Assembly (NCBI GenBank): GCA_028704385.1
Contig: JAQVLA010000001.1
Coordinates: forward strand, 174,794 to 238,793
DNA: 64,000 nucleotides
Source of the DNA: Bacteroidales bacterium
GTDB taxonomy: Bacteria > Bacteroidota > Bacteroidia > Bacteroidales > F082
Direction of reading: 5' to 3'
Both the position numbers and the translations under genes were made by a program. Positions 1 through 9,492 of the stretch are shown here, piece after piece. The notes beneath the pieces are model-generated. The model searched no databases, was not told where the DNA came from, and saw only the letters and a list, made by a program, of their open reading frames with translations. Position 1 is the first letter of the stretch; each line of letters begins with the position of its first letter.

Positions 1-281
1 TTGATCAGATCATCGCGCGACATGCCGGGTTTGCGGGGCAAACCGGAAGTAATTACAATTACGCCTGATCCCTTTGTTTTTAAATAATCATTGGTCACAC
101 CAATCACACGGGTGTTGAAGTGATTAATAGGAGCGGTCTGCCAGATATCGAGTGCTTTTCCTTCGGCCGTACCTTCTTTGATATCAACAAGTACAACCTC
201 TTTTGCCAGGTTTTTATGTGCAATTACATTAGCACAGGTAGCACCTACATTTCCGGCTCCGATAACAGTGATTCTTTCCAT
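1..281 (-). CDS. mdh: Malate dehydrogenase (LDH-like, NAD-dependent), N-terminal 93 codons only; the rest lies beyond the window edge
   Basis: Not in the ORF track because it runs off the window. Reverse-strand translation from ATG at 281..279 gives MERITVIGAGNVGATCANVIAHKNLAKEVVLVDIKEGTAEGKALDIWQTAPINHFNTRVIGVTNDYLKTKGSGVIVITSGLPRKPGMSRDDLI. It has the GAGNVG Rossmann motif and the ITSG.PRKPGMSRDDL loop typical of LDH-type MDH. Confidence 0.85.
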   Translation of the reverse strand, partial: MERITVIGAGNVGATCANVIAHKNLAKEVVLVDIKEGTAEGKALDIWQTAPINHFNTRVIGVTNDYLKTKGSGVIVITSGLPRKPGMSRDDLI

Positions 282-332
282 AACGTTTTATTTAAAAGTT
301 GTCTTTTAATGAATGTTTTCAGCAACAAGGCA

Positions 333-340
333 CAAATATA
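333..340 (-). promoter_or_regulatory. Candidate Bacteroidota -7 promoter box (TATATTTG) for mdh
   Basis: The reverse strand reads TATATTTG, matching TAnnTTTG, about 50 nt upstream of the mdh ATG. No clear -33 TTTG was checked. Confidence 0.35.
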
Positions 341-383
341 CATATCTTCTTGTTTAGTTGTGTCTCGCAATAGTATTCGATTT

Positions 384-432
384 AAAAAAAGCCAAAAAAA
401 CTGCCACTTAAGATGGAGGTAGTTTTTTTGGC
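384..432 (-). terminator. Intrinsic terminator downstream of the BNR-repeat gene
   Basis: GCCAAAAAAACT (391-402) pairs with AGTTTTTTTGGC (421-432), with one extra T on the right arm. On the minus strand the stem is followed by a T-run (A-run 384-390 on plus). It lies 17 nt after the stop at 449. Confidence 0.6.
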
Positions 433-448
433 TTAATTCATAATGCAC

Positions 449-3400
449 TTATTTAAGCTTTGGTTTTCGCCCGGGCGTGTATGGAGCACCGAGTTCATCC
501 AATTGATTTTCAATGGAAATGAGTTTGTTATCAATGACATTCAGCTGATCAATTACCGGAGCTAGTTCTTCTTCAAGGATATTGTAATTCATTATCATAG
601 TTTGGGTTGGATCGCCCGAATGGGACCAGGTGCCTGATAAAATGGCTCCCAAACGATAACGAAGCGAAACAGGTTCCGGAGGCACTTCTTCAAAGCTGGC
701 CTGTGGTGAAGTTCCGTTCATCACAAAGTTGATTTCGTTCAATTGGGAAGCAATTTCACGGGTTTGTTTTTCCAGTTCTGTTTGTGGTTCAGTCATCATA
801 TGAAGCACTTGGCGGATGTTTTCGTTCCGATTTTTCATCGTATTAAAATAACGTGAGGTGGCATCATAGGTCTTTCTGATTTCCGTCAGATCTGCATAAA
901 ACTCATCCAGTTTTTCGGGATTTGTGACCGGTATCGTTTTGTTGTTGAGTGTAATAGCCTCAAAACTAACCGGGCCGGCTAAGGCTTTGATTTCATTGTC
1001 AAAAGCCAAAGCAAGCTCAACGCTGTATTTACCGGGAAGCGCTAAATATCCTGATCTGTTTTTTCCAGTAGGTTCAAATTTAGCATCGTCATCATCCTGA
1101 GCACGAGGCATTTCATATCGTAAATCCCAATTTATGCGATTGAGGCCTTTCGAAGGTTTTTCAAACAAACGACGCACTGCATTGCCTACAGCATCACGAA
1201 TGGTAAAGATCAGATATGGTGCCAGCTGTGCTTCTTCTTCCCGTAATTGATCCTGAGTGGGCTGTGGAATGGGTTTACCTTCTTTGAAAAGCTCTTTTTC
1301 TTCTTTGAGACGTTCCTGTTTTTTTGTTTTCGGAACCTCGTTGAGGTAATAGGTGAATGTGGCACCAAACTCAGGGTTTTTGGCTGTGTAAAAAGTTGAT
1401 CCTGAACCATTATGGCCGCCATCATACATAAACATAAGCGCATCTTTGACCGGGAATATTTTTGCTTCAGTTTCTTTTAACATTTCAGGTGTAATATCCC
1501 TGAGCGGACTGTAATTGTCGAGAATGTAAAAGCCACGACCAAAAGTTGCAATCGCCAGATCATGCTCGCGTTGCTGAATGGCGATGTCTTTTACGGCAAT
1601 ATCCGGAAGCCCGTTGCCTAATTCAGTCCAGATTTTTCCGCCATCTACGCTTACAAAAAAGCTAAACTCAGTTCCAACAAAAAGCAAATCGGGATTGATA
1701 AAATCCTGTTCGATACTGTGCACGGTTTCGTCAGGCAAATTGGCCGAGATATTTGACCAGCTTTTGCCTTTGTCTGTACTTTTTAAAACATAGGCCTTAA
1801 AATCATCATTTTTAAGGTTACTAAAGGTGGCATAAACAATGTTTTCATCAAATTTAGAAGTAAGCACATCACTTACGTAGGTATATTCTGGCACTCCCGG
1901 AAAACTGCTGATTTTGTTCCATGTTGCACCATCATCTTCGCTCACCTGAATCAGGCCATCGTCGGTTCCAACGTAGAGCAAACCAGCTTTAAGTGGCGAT
2001 TCGGCCAGAGAAACAATGGTTCCCCATTGGGAGGTCGAAAGGTCTTTGGCAACAGCATTTGACGGCCAGTATTTTCCCATTACCGGGAACTTGTTTCTGT
2101 CTTCATCGCGGGTGAGATCATCGCTGATTACCTGCCACGAATTTCCTCTGTCGTCTGACTTAAACACTTTATTAGCAGCCATATAGAGTGTGGTCTTATG
2201 GTGTTTGCTCAGAAAAAATGGCGCATCCCAATTCCAGCGGTAATGGAGTTCGTCTTTACGTGGTTCGGGTTTGATTTTTACTTTTTCACCACTTTTTTTA
2301 TCATAGCGGAAAATGTTACCGTACTGATAGGCAGAGTAAACGATGTCGGGATTATCTTCCTCTATAGCTTGCCAAAAACCATCACCACCCAGCGTAACAA
2401 TCCATTCGCAGCTGCTAACACCGTTTCTGCTGGTGTTTTGACTCGGACCTCCAAGGCTGTTATTGTCCTGTGTGCCACCATAAACCCAATAAAAAGGTTC
2501 GGTATTGTCAACATTCACGCGATAAAATTGTGTGATTGGTAAATTGGTTTTGTGAATATAATGAGTGCCGTTGTCGAAGGTTTCATAGATGCCGCCATCG
2601 CCGCCAATCATCCAGTGGTTGCTGTCGTTGGGGTCAATCCACATGGCATGATCATCCACATGACGTTTATTCAAACTAACATTGCTCCAGGTTTTTCCGC
2701 CATCGCTTGTGACTTTTGTATAAGTATCCATAGAATAAACCACATCCGGATCACTGGGGTCGCAAACTAATTCATTATAATATTGCCCACTGCTAGTGTA
2801 TTTGTTCATTTTTTCGAATGAAGCACCACGATCAGTTGAGCGGAAAAAACCACCTTGCTCGTCAGCGGCCTCGATAATCAGGTAAACAACATCCGGATTT
2901 CCCTGTGGAATGGCAATTCCCATGCCACCCAAATGTGCTGATGGCAGTCCTTTGGTGATTTTTTCAAAGCTTTTGCCGGCATCAGTCGATCTGTAAACGG
3001 CTGACTCTGGGCCTCCTCCAATTTTGGAAAAGAAATGTCTTCTGCGTTGTTCGGTTGTTGCAAAGATTATATCAGGATTTTCGGGGTGAAGCAGCACGTT
3101 ATTAACGCCAGTATTTTCAGAAATATCAAGAATTTTTGTCCAGTTTTTTCCTCCATCTTCTGTTTTGTAAAGCCCGCGTTCGCCGCCCGGGCCCCATACA
3201 GAACCTTCTGCAGCCACATAAACCACATTGCTGTTGCGTGGATCAATTTGTATCATCCCAATCTGTCGCGAATCTTTCAGCCCCATATTTTTCCAGCTTT
3301 TACCGCCGTCTTCGGTTTTAAACACACCATTTCCGTAGCCCAATGCGCGCTGGTGGTTGTTTTCGCCTGTTCCTGCCCAAACTACATTGGTGTTGTAGGG

Positions 3401-3736
3401 ATCCATGGCCAGACAGCCAATGGCATAAACACCATAATTATCGAAAATTGGCTTATAGGTTGTGCCATTGTTTTCTGTTTTCCAGATGTGTCCAGACGAA
3501 ACCGCCACATAATATTCGCTGTGGTTGTTGGGATTAACAGCAAAATCTGAAATGCGGCCTGAAGTAAATGCCGGGCCAATATTTCGCCATTTTAAGCCTG
3601 AAATATCTGAGGTTTTGAGCGTATCAGCAGCTTCCGGTTTTTTCTTGTTTCGTTGTGCGATCGTATGTGACCCGGAAAATAGCAAACCTGATAACAGGCT
3701 AAAAATGAGTAACAATCGTAAATTTAATGTTTTCAT
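449..3736 (-). CDS. Secreted sortilin/VPS10-like BNR (Asp-box) repeat beta-propeller protein, 1095 aa
   Basis: Signal peptide MKTLNLRLLLIFSLLSGLLFSGSHTIAQ. Many SxDxGxxW Asp-box motifs are present: TEDGGKSWKN, TEDGGKNWTK, TSDGGKTWSN, SDDRGNSWQV, SEDDGATWNK, STDKGKSWSN, SVDGGKIWTE. Confidence 0.7.
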   Translation of the reverse strand: MKTLNLRLLLIFSLLSGLLFSGSHTIAQRNKKKPEAADTLKTSDISGLKWRNIGPAFTSGRISDFAVNPNNHSEYYVAVSSGHIWKTENNGTTYKPIFDNYGVYAIGCLAMDPYNTNVVWAGTGENNHQRALGYGNGVFKTEDGGKSWKNMGLKDSRQIGMIQIDPRNSNVVYVAAEGSVWGPGGERGLYKTEDGGKNWTKILDISENTGVNNVLLHPENPDIIFATTEQRRRHFFSKIGGGPESAVYRSTDAGKSFEKITKGLPSAHLGGMGIAIPQGNPDVVYLIIEAADEQGGFFRSTDRGASFEKMNKYTSSGQYYNELVCDPSDPDVVYSMDTYTKVTSDGGKTWSNVSLNKRHVDDHAMWIDPNDSNHWMIGGDGGIYETFDNGTHYIHKTNLPITQFYRVNVDNTEPFYWVYGGTQDNNSLGGPSQNTSRNGVSSCEWIVTLGGDGFWQAIEEDNPDIVYSAYQYGNIFRYDKKSGEKVKIKPEPRKDELHYRWNWDAPFFLSKHHKTTLYMAANKVFKSDDRGNSWQVISDDLTRDEDRNKFPVMGKYWPSNAVAKDLSTSQWGTIVSLAESPLKAGLLYVGTDDGLIQVSEDDGATWNKISSFPGVPEYTYVSDVLTSKFDENIVYATFSNLKNDDFKAYVLKSTDKGKSWSNISANLPDETVHSIEQDFINPDLLFVGTEFSFFVSVDGGKIWTELGNGLPDIAVKDIAIQQREHDLAIATFGRGFYILDNYSPLRDITPEMLKETEAKIFPVKDALMFMYDGGHNGSGSTFYTAKNPEFGATFTYYLNEVPKTKKQERLKEEKELFKEGKPIPQPTQDQLREEEAQLAPYLIFTIRDAVGNAVRRLFEKPSKGLNRINWDLRYEMPRAQDDDDAKFEPTGKNRSGYLALPGKYSVELALAFDNEIKALAGPVSFEAITLNNKTIPVTNPEKLDEFYADLTEIRKTYDATSRYFNTMKNRNENIRQVLHMMTEPQTELEKQTREIASQLNEINFVMNGTSPQASFEEVPPEPVSLRYRLGAILSGTWSHSGDPTQTMIMNYNILEEELAPVIDQLNVIDNKLISIENQLDELGAPYTPGRKPKLK

Positions 3737-3814
3737 AGACTTGATTTTTGTTTTAGCGGTCGAAAGATAGAAAAAAGCTATAAATCAACCGGCTGAAAAA
3801 GTAATCGGATTTTT

Positions 3815-4672
3815 TCAACCCAGCACTAAACCATCTTTAAGTAAAAACCAGGTGATAAAAAGTCCGGTTGATGCTATGGTCATCAGTATTAAAGCCGTGA
3901 TTATGTCTGGTTGTGGGGTGGAGGATTCTGCTTTATCACCTGAAATTTTAGTAAAATTTATTGGGATCAAACATATTAACATAGAGCTAATTAGTAAAAA
4001 ATCTTTGAGTTCTACTGTGTTGAAGTTTAAAAAAAGTATCAGCATATTACCTGCAAAAAAGGGTACTATAAAGTTGTACAAAAAATTTATAGTTTTTGTG
4101 TTTTTGTTTTCTTGTTTTAATTGAAAAACCTTGTCATAGAATAGTTTTCCGGCTAAACTTCCCGCCTTAATTAGAAAAAAGATGGAGATGCCTATGGTTA
4201 GAATCAAAGCTACTTGTCTGATTTCCATAACATTAGCCACTCTGAACAATCCCCTCTGAAGTATAATGTCCTCGCTTAACAGGCCAAAAGTAAAATTGAA
4301 ACCATGAAGGAATATCCAAAGATGAAACAGCTGAACCCAGAATTTTTTAGGTTTTAGAATCAGTAAAAGTAAAACACTGATTGTAGCGGCTATGAAACTA
4401 CTAACTGGCTTAGACATAAAGACACTAACTATTGCATCACCGGTCCAAAGCGGATCAGTATCTGTTATTCCAAATTCCACACTAGTGCCAAAAAGGCGAG
4501 CTGGAATATCCAGATCATAAGCGATGTACAGAACCGATAAACCCGATAAAAGGTAAACAAAAATATAGGCCAGCAAAAATGCTCCCAACGATTGCAAAAC
4601 TATTGCCCATCGTAGTTTATTATCTGACTGATTTTCGCTTTGGTCTGGTTTTTTCATGGTTTGGCTTTTCAA
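3815..4672 (-). CDS. Hypothetical polytopic membrane protein, 285 aa
   Basis: Long ORF with at least 6 hydrophobic helices and no recognisable family motif. The 5' end overlaps the ygiQ stop by about 50 nt, so the start is uncertain (alternative ATG at 4657). Confidence 0.5.
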   Translation of the reverse strand: MKSQTMKKPDQSENQSDNKLRWAIVLQSLGAFLLAYIFVYLLSGLSVLYIAYDLDIPARLFGTSVEFGITDTDPLWTGDAIVSVFMSKPVSSFIAATISVLLLLILKPKKFWVQLFHLWIFLHGFNFTFGLLSEDIILQRGLFRVANVMEIRQVALILTIGISIFFLIKAGSLAGKLFYDKVFQLKQENKNTKTINFLYNFIVPFFAGNMLILFLNFNTVELKDFLLISSMLICLIPINFTKISGDKAESSTPQPDIITALILMTIASTGLFITWFLLKDGLVLG

Positions 4673-6500
4673 ATGAGAGTAGTTTTTGAATCAGATCTTC
4701 TCTGCCAATTTGAGTAAGTTTTTGTTGGATCCAACTTTGGTTTTCACGTTTATACCAAAAGAAAAACTTTTGCTGTGCTGTCTTTTCGGGTTTAGTTCTT
4801 GCCGTAAAAACAGGCTTCAAAGTATAAGGATCAAAACCGCTGTAATACATCACGGTAGCAACCGTCATGGGGGTGGGTGTAAAATCCTGCACCTGTTCTA
4901 ATCTGAATCCCAGTGCCTTGGTATCAGCAGCCAGCTGTGCCATATCTTCCAGATGGCTTTCGGGGTGGCTGGAAATAAAATAGGGGATCAATTGCTGTTT
5001 TAGGCCCGTTTGCAAATTGATTTGATCAAATTTTTCCTTTAATTTATAAAATAGCTTAAAGCTGGGTTTACGCATGGTTTTCAGTACCTGATCGCTGGTA
5101 TGTTCAGGAGCAACTTTCAAACGTCCGCTCACATGCCGGGTAAACAACTGCCGCATATATTCATCATAACCCATGGCGTCGTTTTTTTCAGGATTATCCG
5201 TCAAAAACAGATCATAACGTAAGCCCGAACTCACAAAAGCTTTTTTCACTCCGGGATGTTTATCCACACTTTTATAAATATCCAAAAGTGGTTTATGACT
5301 GGTGTCAAGGTTGTTGCAAATGGTTGGAAACACACAGCTTGGGCGTTTGCAACTGTCGCAGATGGGCTGGTGTTTGCCTTTCATCTGATACATATTGGCC
5401 GATGGCCCTCCCAAATCGCTGATATAGCCTTTGAAGTCGTCCATCAGGGTGATCTGATCCACTTCTTTAAGGATGGATTCCTTGCTTCGGCTGGTGACAA
5501 ATTTACCCTGATGCGCCGAGATCGTGCAAAAGCTGCAACCGCCAAAACATCCCCTGTGCATATTTACCGAATGTCTGATCATTTCGTAAGCCGGGATAGT
5601 GCCTCTTTTGTTGTATTTAGGATGTGGAGTGCGTGTGTAGGGCAGATCAAAAGAGGCATCGAGTTGCTTTTCGCTGAAAGTGGGATAAGGCGGATTGATC
5701 ACGATTGTTTTTCCGCCCGCATCTTGCAACAATCGCGCTGCCTGATGTTTATTCGATTCCTGTTCGATATGCCTGAAATTGGCAGCGTAAGCTTTTTTGT
5801 CGTTGAGGCATGTTGCGTGATCTGCCAGCCGGATGTCTCCGGCAGGATGTATTGGTACCAATTCATTTTTGTCAACCGCATAAAACAACTGTGGAATGGA
5901 TTTGATTTTTTCAATACTTCGACCCTGGTCAATGGCATTGGCCAGCTCGATGATGGCCAGATCGCCCATGCCGTAAACACCAAAATCTGCTTCAGAATCA
6001 ATCAGGATAGAGGGTTTCAGTTGATCTGACCAGTAATCATAATGCGTTACACGTCTTAGCGAAGCTTCAACACCACCTATCACAACCAGGCTGTCGGGAA
6101 AAAGTTGTTTTATGATTTTGCCGTAAACGGAAGTTGCGTAATCTGGTCTGAAGCCGGAATCGCCGCCTGGTGTATAGGCATCGTTTGATCTGAGTCGTTT
6201 ATTGGCCGTATAGTGATTGACCATAGAATCCATATTGCCGGAAGTAATGCCAAAAAACAGCCGGGGTTTACCAAATTTTTTAAAGTCCCTCAGATCATCC
6301 TGCCAATTGGGTTGTGGAATCAGGGCTATTTTGTATCCTGCTTTTTCGAGCAAACGGCCAATAACAGCTGCTCCAAAGGCGGGATGATCTACATAGGCAT
6401 CGCCAGTAATCAGGATAACATCAAGCTGATCCCATCCACGCAGTTCAACTTCTTTGCGGGTTATTGGCAGCCATTTGAGTAGGTCGGGACGGTCGTTCAT
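4620..6500 (-). CDS. ygiQ: YgiQ-family (UPF0313) radical SAM protein, 626 aa
   Basis: Has the CxxxCxxC radical-SAM cluster motif RGCFGGCSFCTISAHQG. The N-terminal LPITRKEVELRGWDQLDVILITGDAYVDHPAFG and the C-terminal extension are typical of YgiQ proteins. Confidence 0.85.
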   Translation of the reverse strand: MNDRPDLLKWLPITRKEVELRGWDQLDVILITGDAYVDHPAFGAAVIGRLLEKAGYKIALIPQPNWQDDLRDFKKFGKPRLFFGITSGNMDSMVNHYTANKRLRSNDAYTPGGDSGFRPDYATSVYGKIIKQLFPDSLVVIGGVEASLRRVTHYDYWSDQLKPSILIDSEADFGVYGMGDLAIIELANAIDQGRSIEKIKSIPQLFYAVDKNELVPIHPAGDIRLADHATCLNDKKAYAANFRHIEQESNKHQAARLLQDAGGKTIVINPPYPTFSEKQLDASFDLPYTRTPHPKYNKRGTIPAYEMIRHSVNMHRGCFGGCSFCTISAHQGKFVTSRSKESILKEVDQITLMDDFKGYISDLGGPSANMYQMKGKHQPICDSCKRPSCVFPTICNNLDTSHKPLLDIYKSVDKHPGVKKAFVSSGLRYDLFLTDNPEKNDAMGYDEYMRQLFTRHVSGRLKVAPEHTSDQVLKTMRKPSFKLFYKLKEKFDQINLQTGLKQQLIPYFISSHPESHLEDMAQLAADTKALGFRLEQVQDFTPTPMTVATVMYYSGFDPYTLKPVFTARTKPEKTAQQKFFFWYKRENQSWIQQKLTQIGREDLIQKLLSFEKPNHEKTRPKRKSVR

Positions 6501-6681
6501 AGGGTTCAGATCTTATGCAAATGTAAGTAATTGAACGAAGTGCCGGGAAGCGATTGAATAAATAGATAATCAACCAGTTTGAAAATTGCGCCAGGTGGTT
6601 AAATGAATGGATTTTTTTGTTTTTTTTTGCTTAAGGTTTCGGTTTTTGTTATTTTTATCCCGTGATAAAATCCATTGAACA

Positions 6682-6849
6682 ATGTATTATACTGCAATAA
6701 CTGTTTTATCAATACTGGCCTTGATATTGCTTGTTCAGGCTATCAGGGATGTGATCAGAAAAAAACGTCCGACCTACCTGATTTTGTTGCTAATTCTTTT
6801 TCCACTGGTGGGGCCATTGTTATATTTTCAAATCAACAGGCGTAATTGA
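6682..6849 (+). CDS. Small (55 aa) two-helix membrane protein, PLD-nuclease-N-terminal (PLDc_N)-like
   Basis: Below the ORF-track cutoff. It translates to MYYTAITVLSILALILLVQAIRDVIRKKRPTYLILLLILFPLVGPLLYFQINRRN. The LILLLILFPLVGPLLYF segment resembles the PLDc_N/cardiolipin-synthase-N motif. Confidence 0.4.
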   Translation: MYYTAITVLSILALILLVQAIRDVIRKKRPTYLILLLILFPLVGPLLYFQINRRN

Positions 6850-6953
6850 GGGAAATTTTGTTAACCTTGTAGTGATCCTGTCCTGATTGTAAGGCTTTGC
6901 AAACAGCTTACTTCCTGTGAAGTTTTAGTAAAGGAATATACTCTAGTCATTGA

Positions 6954-7802
6954 TTAACTTGCCAGTCCATCCAATAGCCTCATTTCCTGCTTGTCCAGTA
7001 TGATGTTTGTTGCTGCAATATTTTCCAGAATATGTTTTTCACTGGTCATTTTGGGTATGGCAAGCATAAGGGGTTTATACAGTAACCAGGCCAGTGCAAT
7101 TTGCATTGGTGTGGCTTCGCGACGGGCTGCAATTTCGTTGATGAGAGGTTGTTGCATAGGGTTAAATGCACCTTTCATTAGGGGTCGCCAGGCAGTTATG
7201 CTGATGCCTTTTGAGAGGCAGAAAGGAATGATGGCTGCTTCTACATCTTCGGTTATGCGGCCGTTATTTCGAGTGAAAAGATTGTATTCCAGTTGATTAG
7301 TAATAATTGGTTCGTCGGTCCATCGCAATATTTCTTCCGTTTGAGCTGCTGAAAAGTTACTCAGACCAAAATTTCTGATCTTGCCTTGTTCGAGCAATTC
7401 ATTTATGGCTTTCATAGTTTCTTCAACGGGCACCTCAGGATTGGGCCAATGCAACAAATACAGATCAATATAATCTGTTTGCAGTCGTTTCAGGCTGTTG
7501 TGGGCAGCTTCAATTACATCCTGATAGGCCAGGTGATCGCCAGAAACTTTGGAAGTGATCAACAATTTTTCTCTGTCAAAACCCTGTATGGCTTTGGCAA
7601 CAAGTTCTTCGGTATGTCCGTTGCCATACATTTCGGCCGTGTCGATATGCCGGATGCCCTGATCTAATGCAAATCGCAGAGCATGAATAAATTTTTGATC
7701 CTCACTTTTATCGGGATTATGACGGCCCCCCATTTCCCAAGTGCCAATGCCCAGTTTGGGCAAACTCATGTGCTTCTGAACCAGTATTTCGGGTATGCTC
7801 AT
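6954..7802 (-). CDS. Aldo/keto reductase family oxidoreductase, 282 aa
   Basis: AKR motifs GIRHIDTAEMYGNGHTEELVAKAI and LQTDYIDLYLLHWP are present. Its ATG overlaps the stop of the upstream aldolase-family gene (ATGA overlap at 7799-7802). Confidence 0.85.
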   Translation of the reverse strand: MSIPEILVQKHMSLPKLGIGTWEMGGRHNPDKSEDQKFIHALRFALDQGIRHIDTAEMYGNGHTEELVAKAIQGFDREKLLITSKVSGDHLAYQDVIEAAHNSLKRLQTDYIDLYLLHWPNPEVPVEETMKAINELLEQGKIRNFGLSNFSAAQTEEILRWTDEPIITNQLEYNLFTRNNGRITEDVEAAIIPFCLSKGISITAWRPLMKGAFNPMQQPLINEIAARREATPMQIALAWLLYKPLMLAIPKMTSEKHILENIAATNIILDKQEMRLLDGLAS

Positions 7803-8437
7803 GTGTTCATCAGTTTGTCAATAGCCTGCACTTCTTCGCTACTCAGTGGTTGTGCACCGCCTATCAGACTTGAGAGTAACTCCACTTTGGCGCAGCTTTC
7901 CACCACTTCCAGCCGGTCGAAGGCTTCCAGAAGGCTTTTGCCAACTGTCAATACTCCGTGATTAGCCAGGAGCACGGCATTGGCTGTTGTGATTTCTGTT
8001 GCAACAACTTCGGCCAGGGCCAATGTGCCCATCAATTGATAAGGAGCAGTGGCAATTTTCCCGACAACGGCACGCGATTCGCCCATCAGGTTCACATTGA
8101 TGGATTTATGCGCTACGGCAAAGCTTGTGGCCAGTGGCGGGTGCGCATGTACGATGGCATGAACCTCAGGTCTGTTTTTGTACACAGCCAGATGCATACC
8201 TGTTTCCATGCTTAGTTTCAATTTGTTACTCAAATTTCTGCCATGTATATCTGTCATCCCCACATCGGAGGCTTTCATACGTCCTTTGTCGGTTTGTGAT
8301 GCGGTGATAAGAACCATGCCATTGGGTAGTTTGACACTGATGTTTCCGCCCGAAGTGGTGGTGAGGCCTCGCTTATAAAGCCTTCGCATGAAGTAGGCGA
8401 TTTCTTTTTTAAAATGATTTAGTTCGTTCATCTTCAA
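7799..8437 (-). CDS. Class II aldolase/adducin-family protein. It is either a methylthioribulose-1-P dehydratase MtnB or a DHAP-shunt Ald2-type aldolase.
   Basis: Motifs TTSGGNISVK, GMHLAVYKNRPEVHAIVHAHPP and LLANHGVLTVG (metal-binding His). It overlaps the mtnA 3' end by 29 nt. Confidence 0.75.
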   Translation of the reverse strand: MKMNELNHFKKEIAYFMRRLYKRGLTTTSGGNISVKLPNGMVLITASQTDKGRMKASDVGMTDIHGRNLSNKLKLSMETGMHLAVYKNRPEVHAIVHAHPPLATSFAVAHKSINVNLMGESRAVVGKIATAPYQLMGTLALAEVVATEITTANAVLLANHGVLTVGKSLLEAFDRLEVVESCAKVELLSSLIGGAQPLSSEEVQAIDKLMNT

Positions 8438-9482
8438 TGGTTTTCAACAGGCTTGAGATGGATTGATAATGGGCTTTGATGATGCCGTGCTCAGTGACTA
8501 TTCCTGTGATATATTTAGCCGGAGTAACATCGAAAGCCGGATTATAAGCGGTTGAGCCTGGCGCGGCGATCATCACTTTCACTTTGTTTCCGTTGGCATC
8601 AATCCCATCCTGATACAGCACTTCGTCCTGGCTGCGTTCTTCGATGACAATTTCTTTTCCTGTTTTGCAATCTCCGTCGATGGTCGAGGTGGGTGCTGCA
8701 ACATAAAATGGCACGCCAAAAGTATTGGCCAGTATGGCTCTGCCCAGCGTTCCTATTTTGTTGGCGGTGTCGCCATTTCGTGCGATGCGGTCGGCACCAA
8801 CGATTACCAGGTCAATTTTACCCTGTTGCATCAGATGGGCAGCGGCATTGTCGGGGATGATGGTAAACGGAACACCTTCCTGCATCAGTTCCCAGGCAGT
8901 GAGGCGGGCTCCCTGACCTCTTGGACGGGTTTCGTCGACATAAACAAAAATATCCTTGCCTTCTTTTTTAGCTGTATAAACTGGAGAAAGTGCCGTCCCG
9001 AAATCAACAAAGGCAAGCCATCCGGCATTGCAGTGGGTGAGGATGCGTGCATTATTTTTGATCAGCTTGTTTCCATGTCGTCCGATGGCTCTGGTGTCTT
9101 CCGTATCTTGAAGCGCAATACGCTGGGCTTCTGTTTTGGCGTTTTCGGCTGACAACAGCCCTGCATGATAAACCCTCTCAACAGCATAGAAGAGGTTTCG
9201 GGCAGTGGGTCGTGTACCTTCAATTTCGCCACGCGCTTCTTGCAGAAATACTTCTCTGTCCTTTTCAGGCGCTTCCAGAAAAGCCTGTGCCATGGCAAAT
9301 GCTGCGGCTGCTCCAATGGCACCGGCACCGCGAACCGTCATATCGGTTATGGCCATGCAGGTATCCCAATAAGTTAGACATTCATGAATTTGAAAATTGA
9401 AAGGAAGCGCATTCTGGTCTATCATTTTTACGGAACTTCCTTCCATCCAGACGGTTTGATATGAGCGGTCTTCAATTAGCAT
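8409..9482 (-). CDS. mtnA: S-methyl-5-thioribose-1-phosphate isomerase, 357 aa
   Basis: eIF-2B-like family motifs: VRGAGAIGAAAAF, ILTHCNAGWLA, VDETRPRGQGARLTAWEL, VIVGADRIARNGDTANKIGT, YNPAFDVTPAKYITGIVTE. Confidence 0.85.
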   Translation of the reverse strand: MLIEDRSYQTVWMEGSSVKMIDQNALPFNFQIHECLTYWDTCMAITDMTVRGAGAIGAAAAFAMAQAFLEAPEKDREVFLQEARGEIEGTRPTARNLFYAVERVYHAGLLSAENAKTEAQRIALQDTEDTRAIGRHGNKLIKNNARILTHCNAGWLAFVDFGTALSPVYTAKKEGKDIFVYVDETRPRGQGARLTAWELMQEGVPFTIIPDNAAAHLMQQGKIDLVIVGADRIARNGDTANKIGTLGRAILANTFGVPFYVAAPTSTIDGDCKTGKEIVIEERSQDEVLYQDGIDANGNKVKVMIAAPGSTAYNPAFDVTPAKYITGIVTEHGIIKAHYQSISSLLKTIEDERTKSF

Positions 9483-9492
9483 GATTGCTGTT

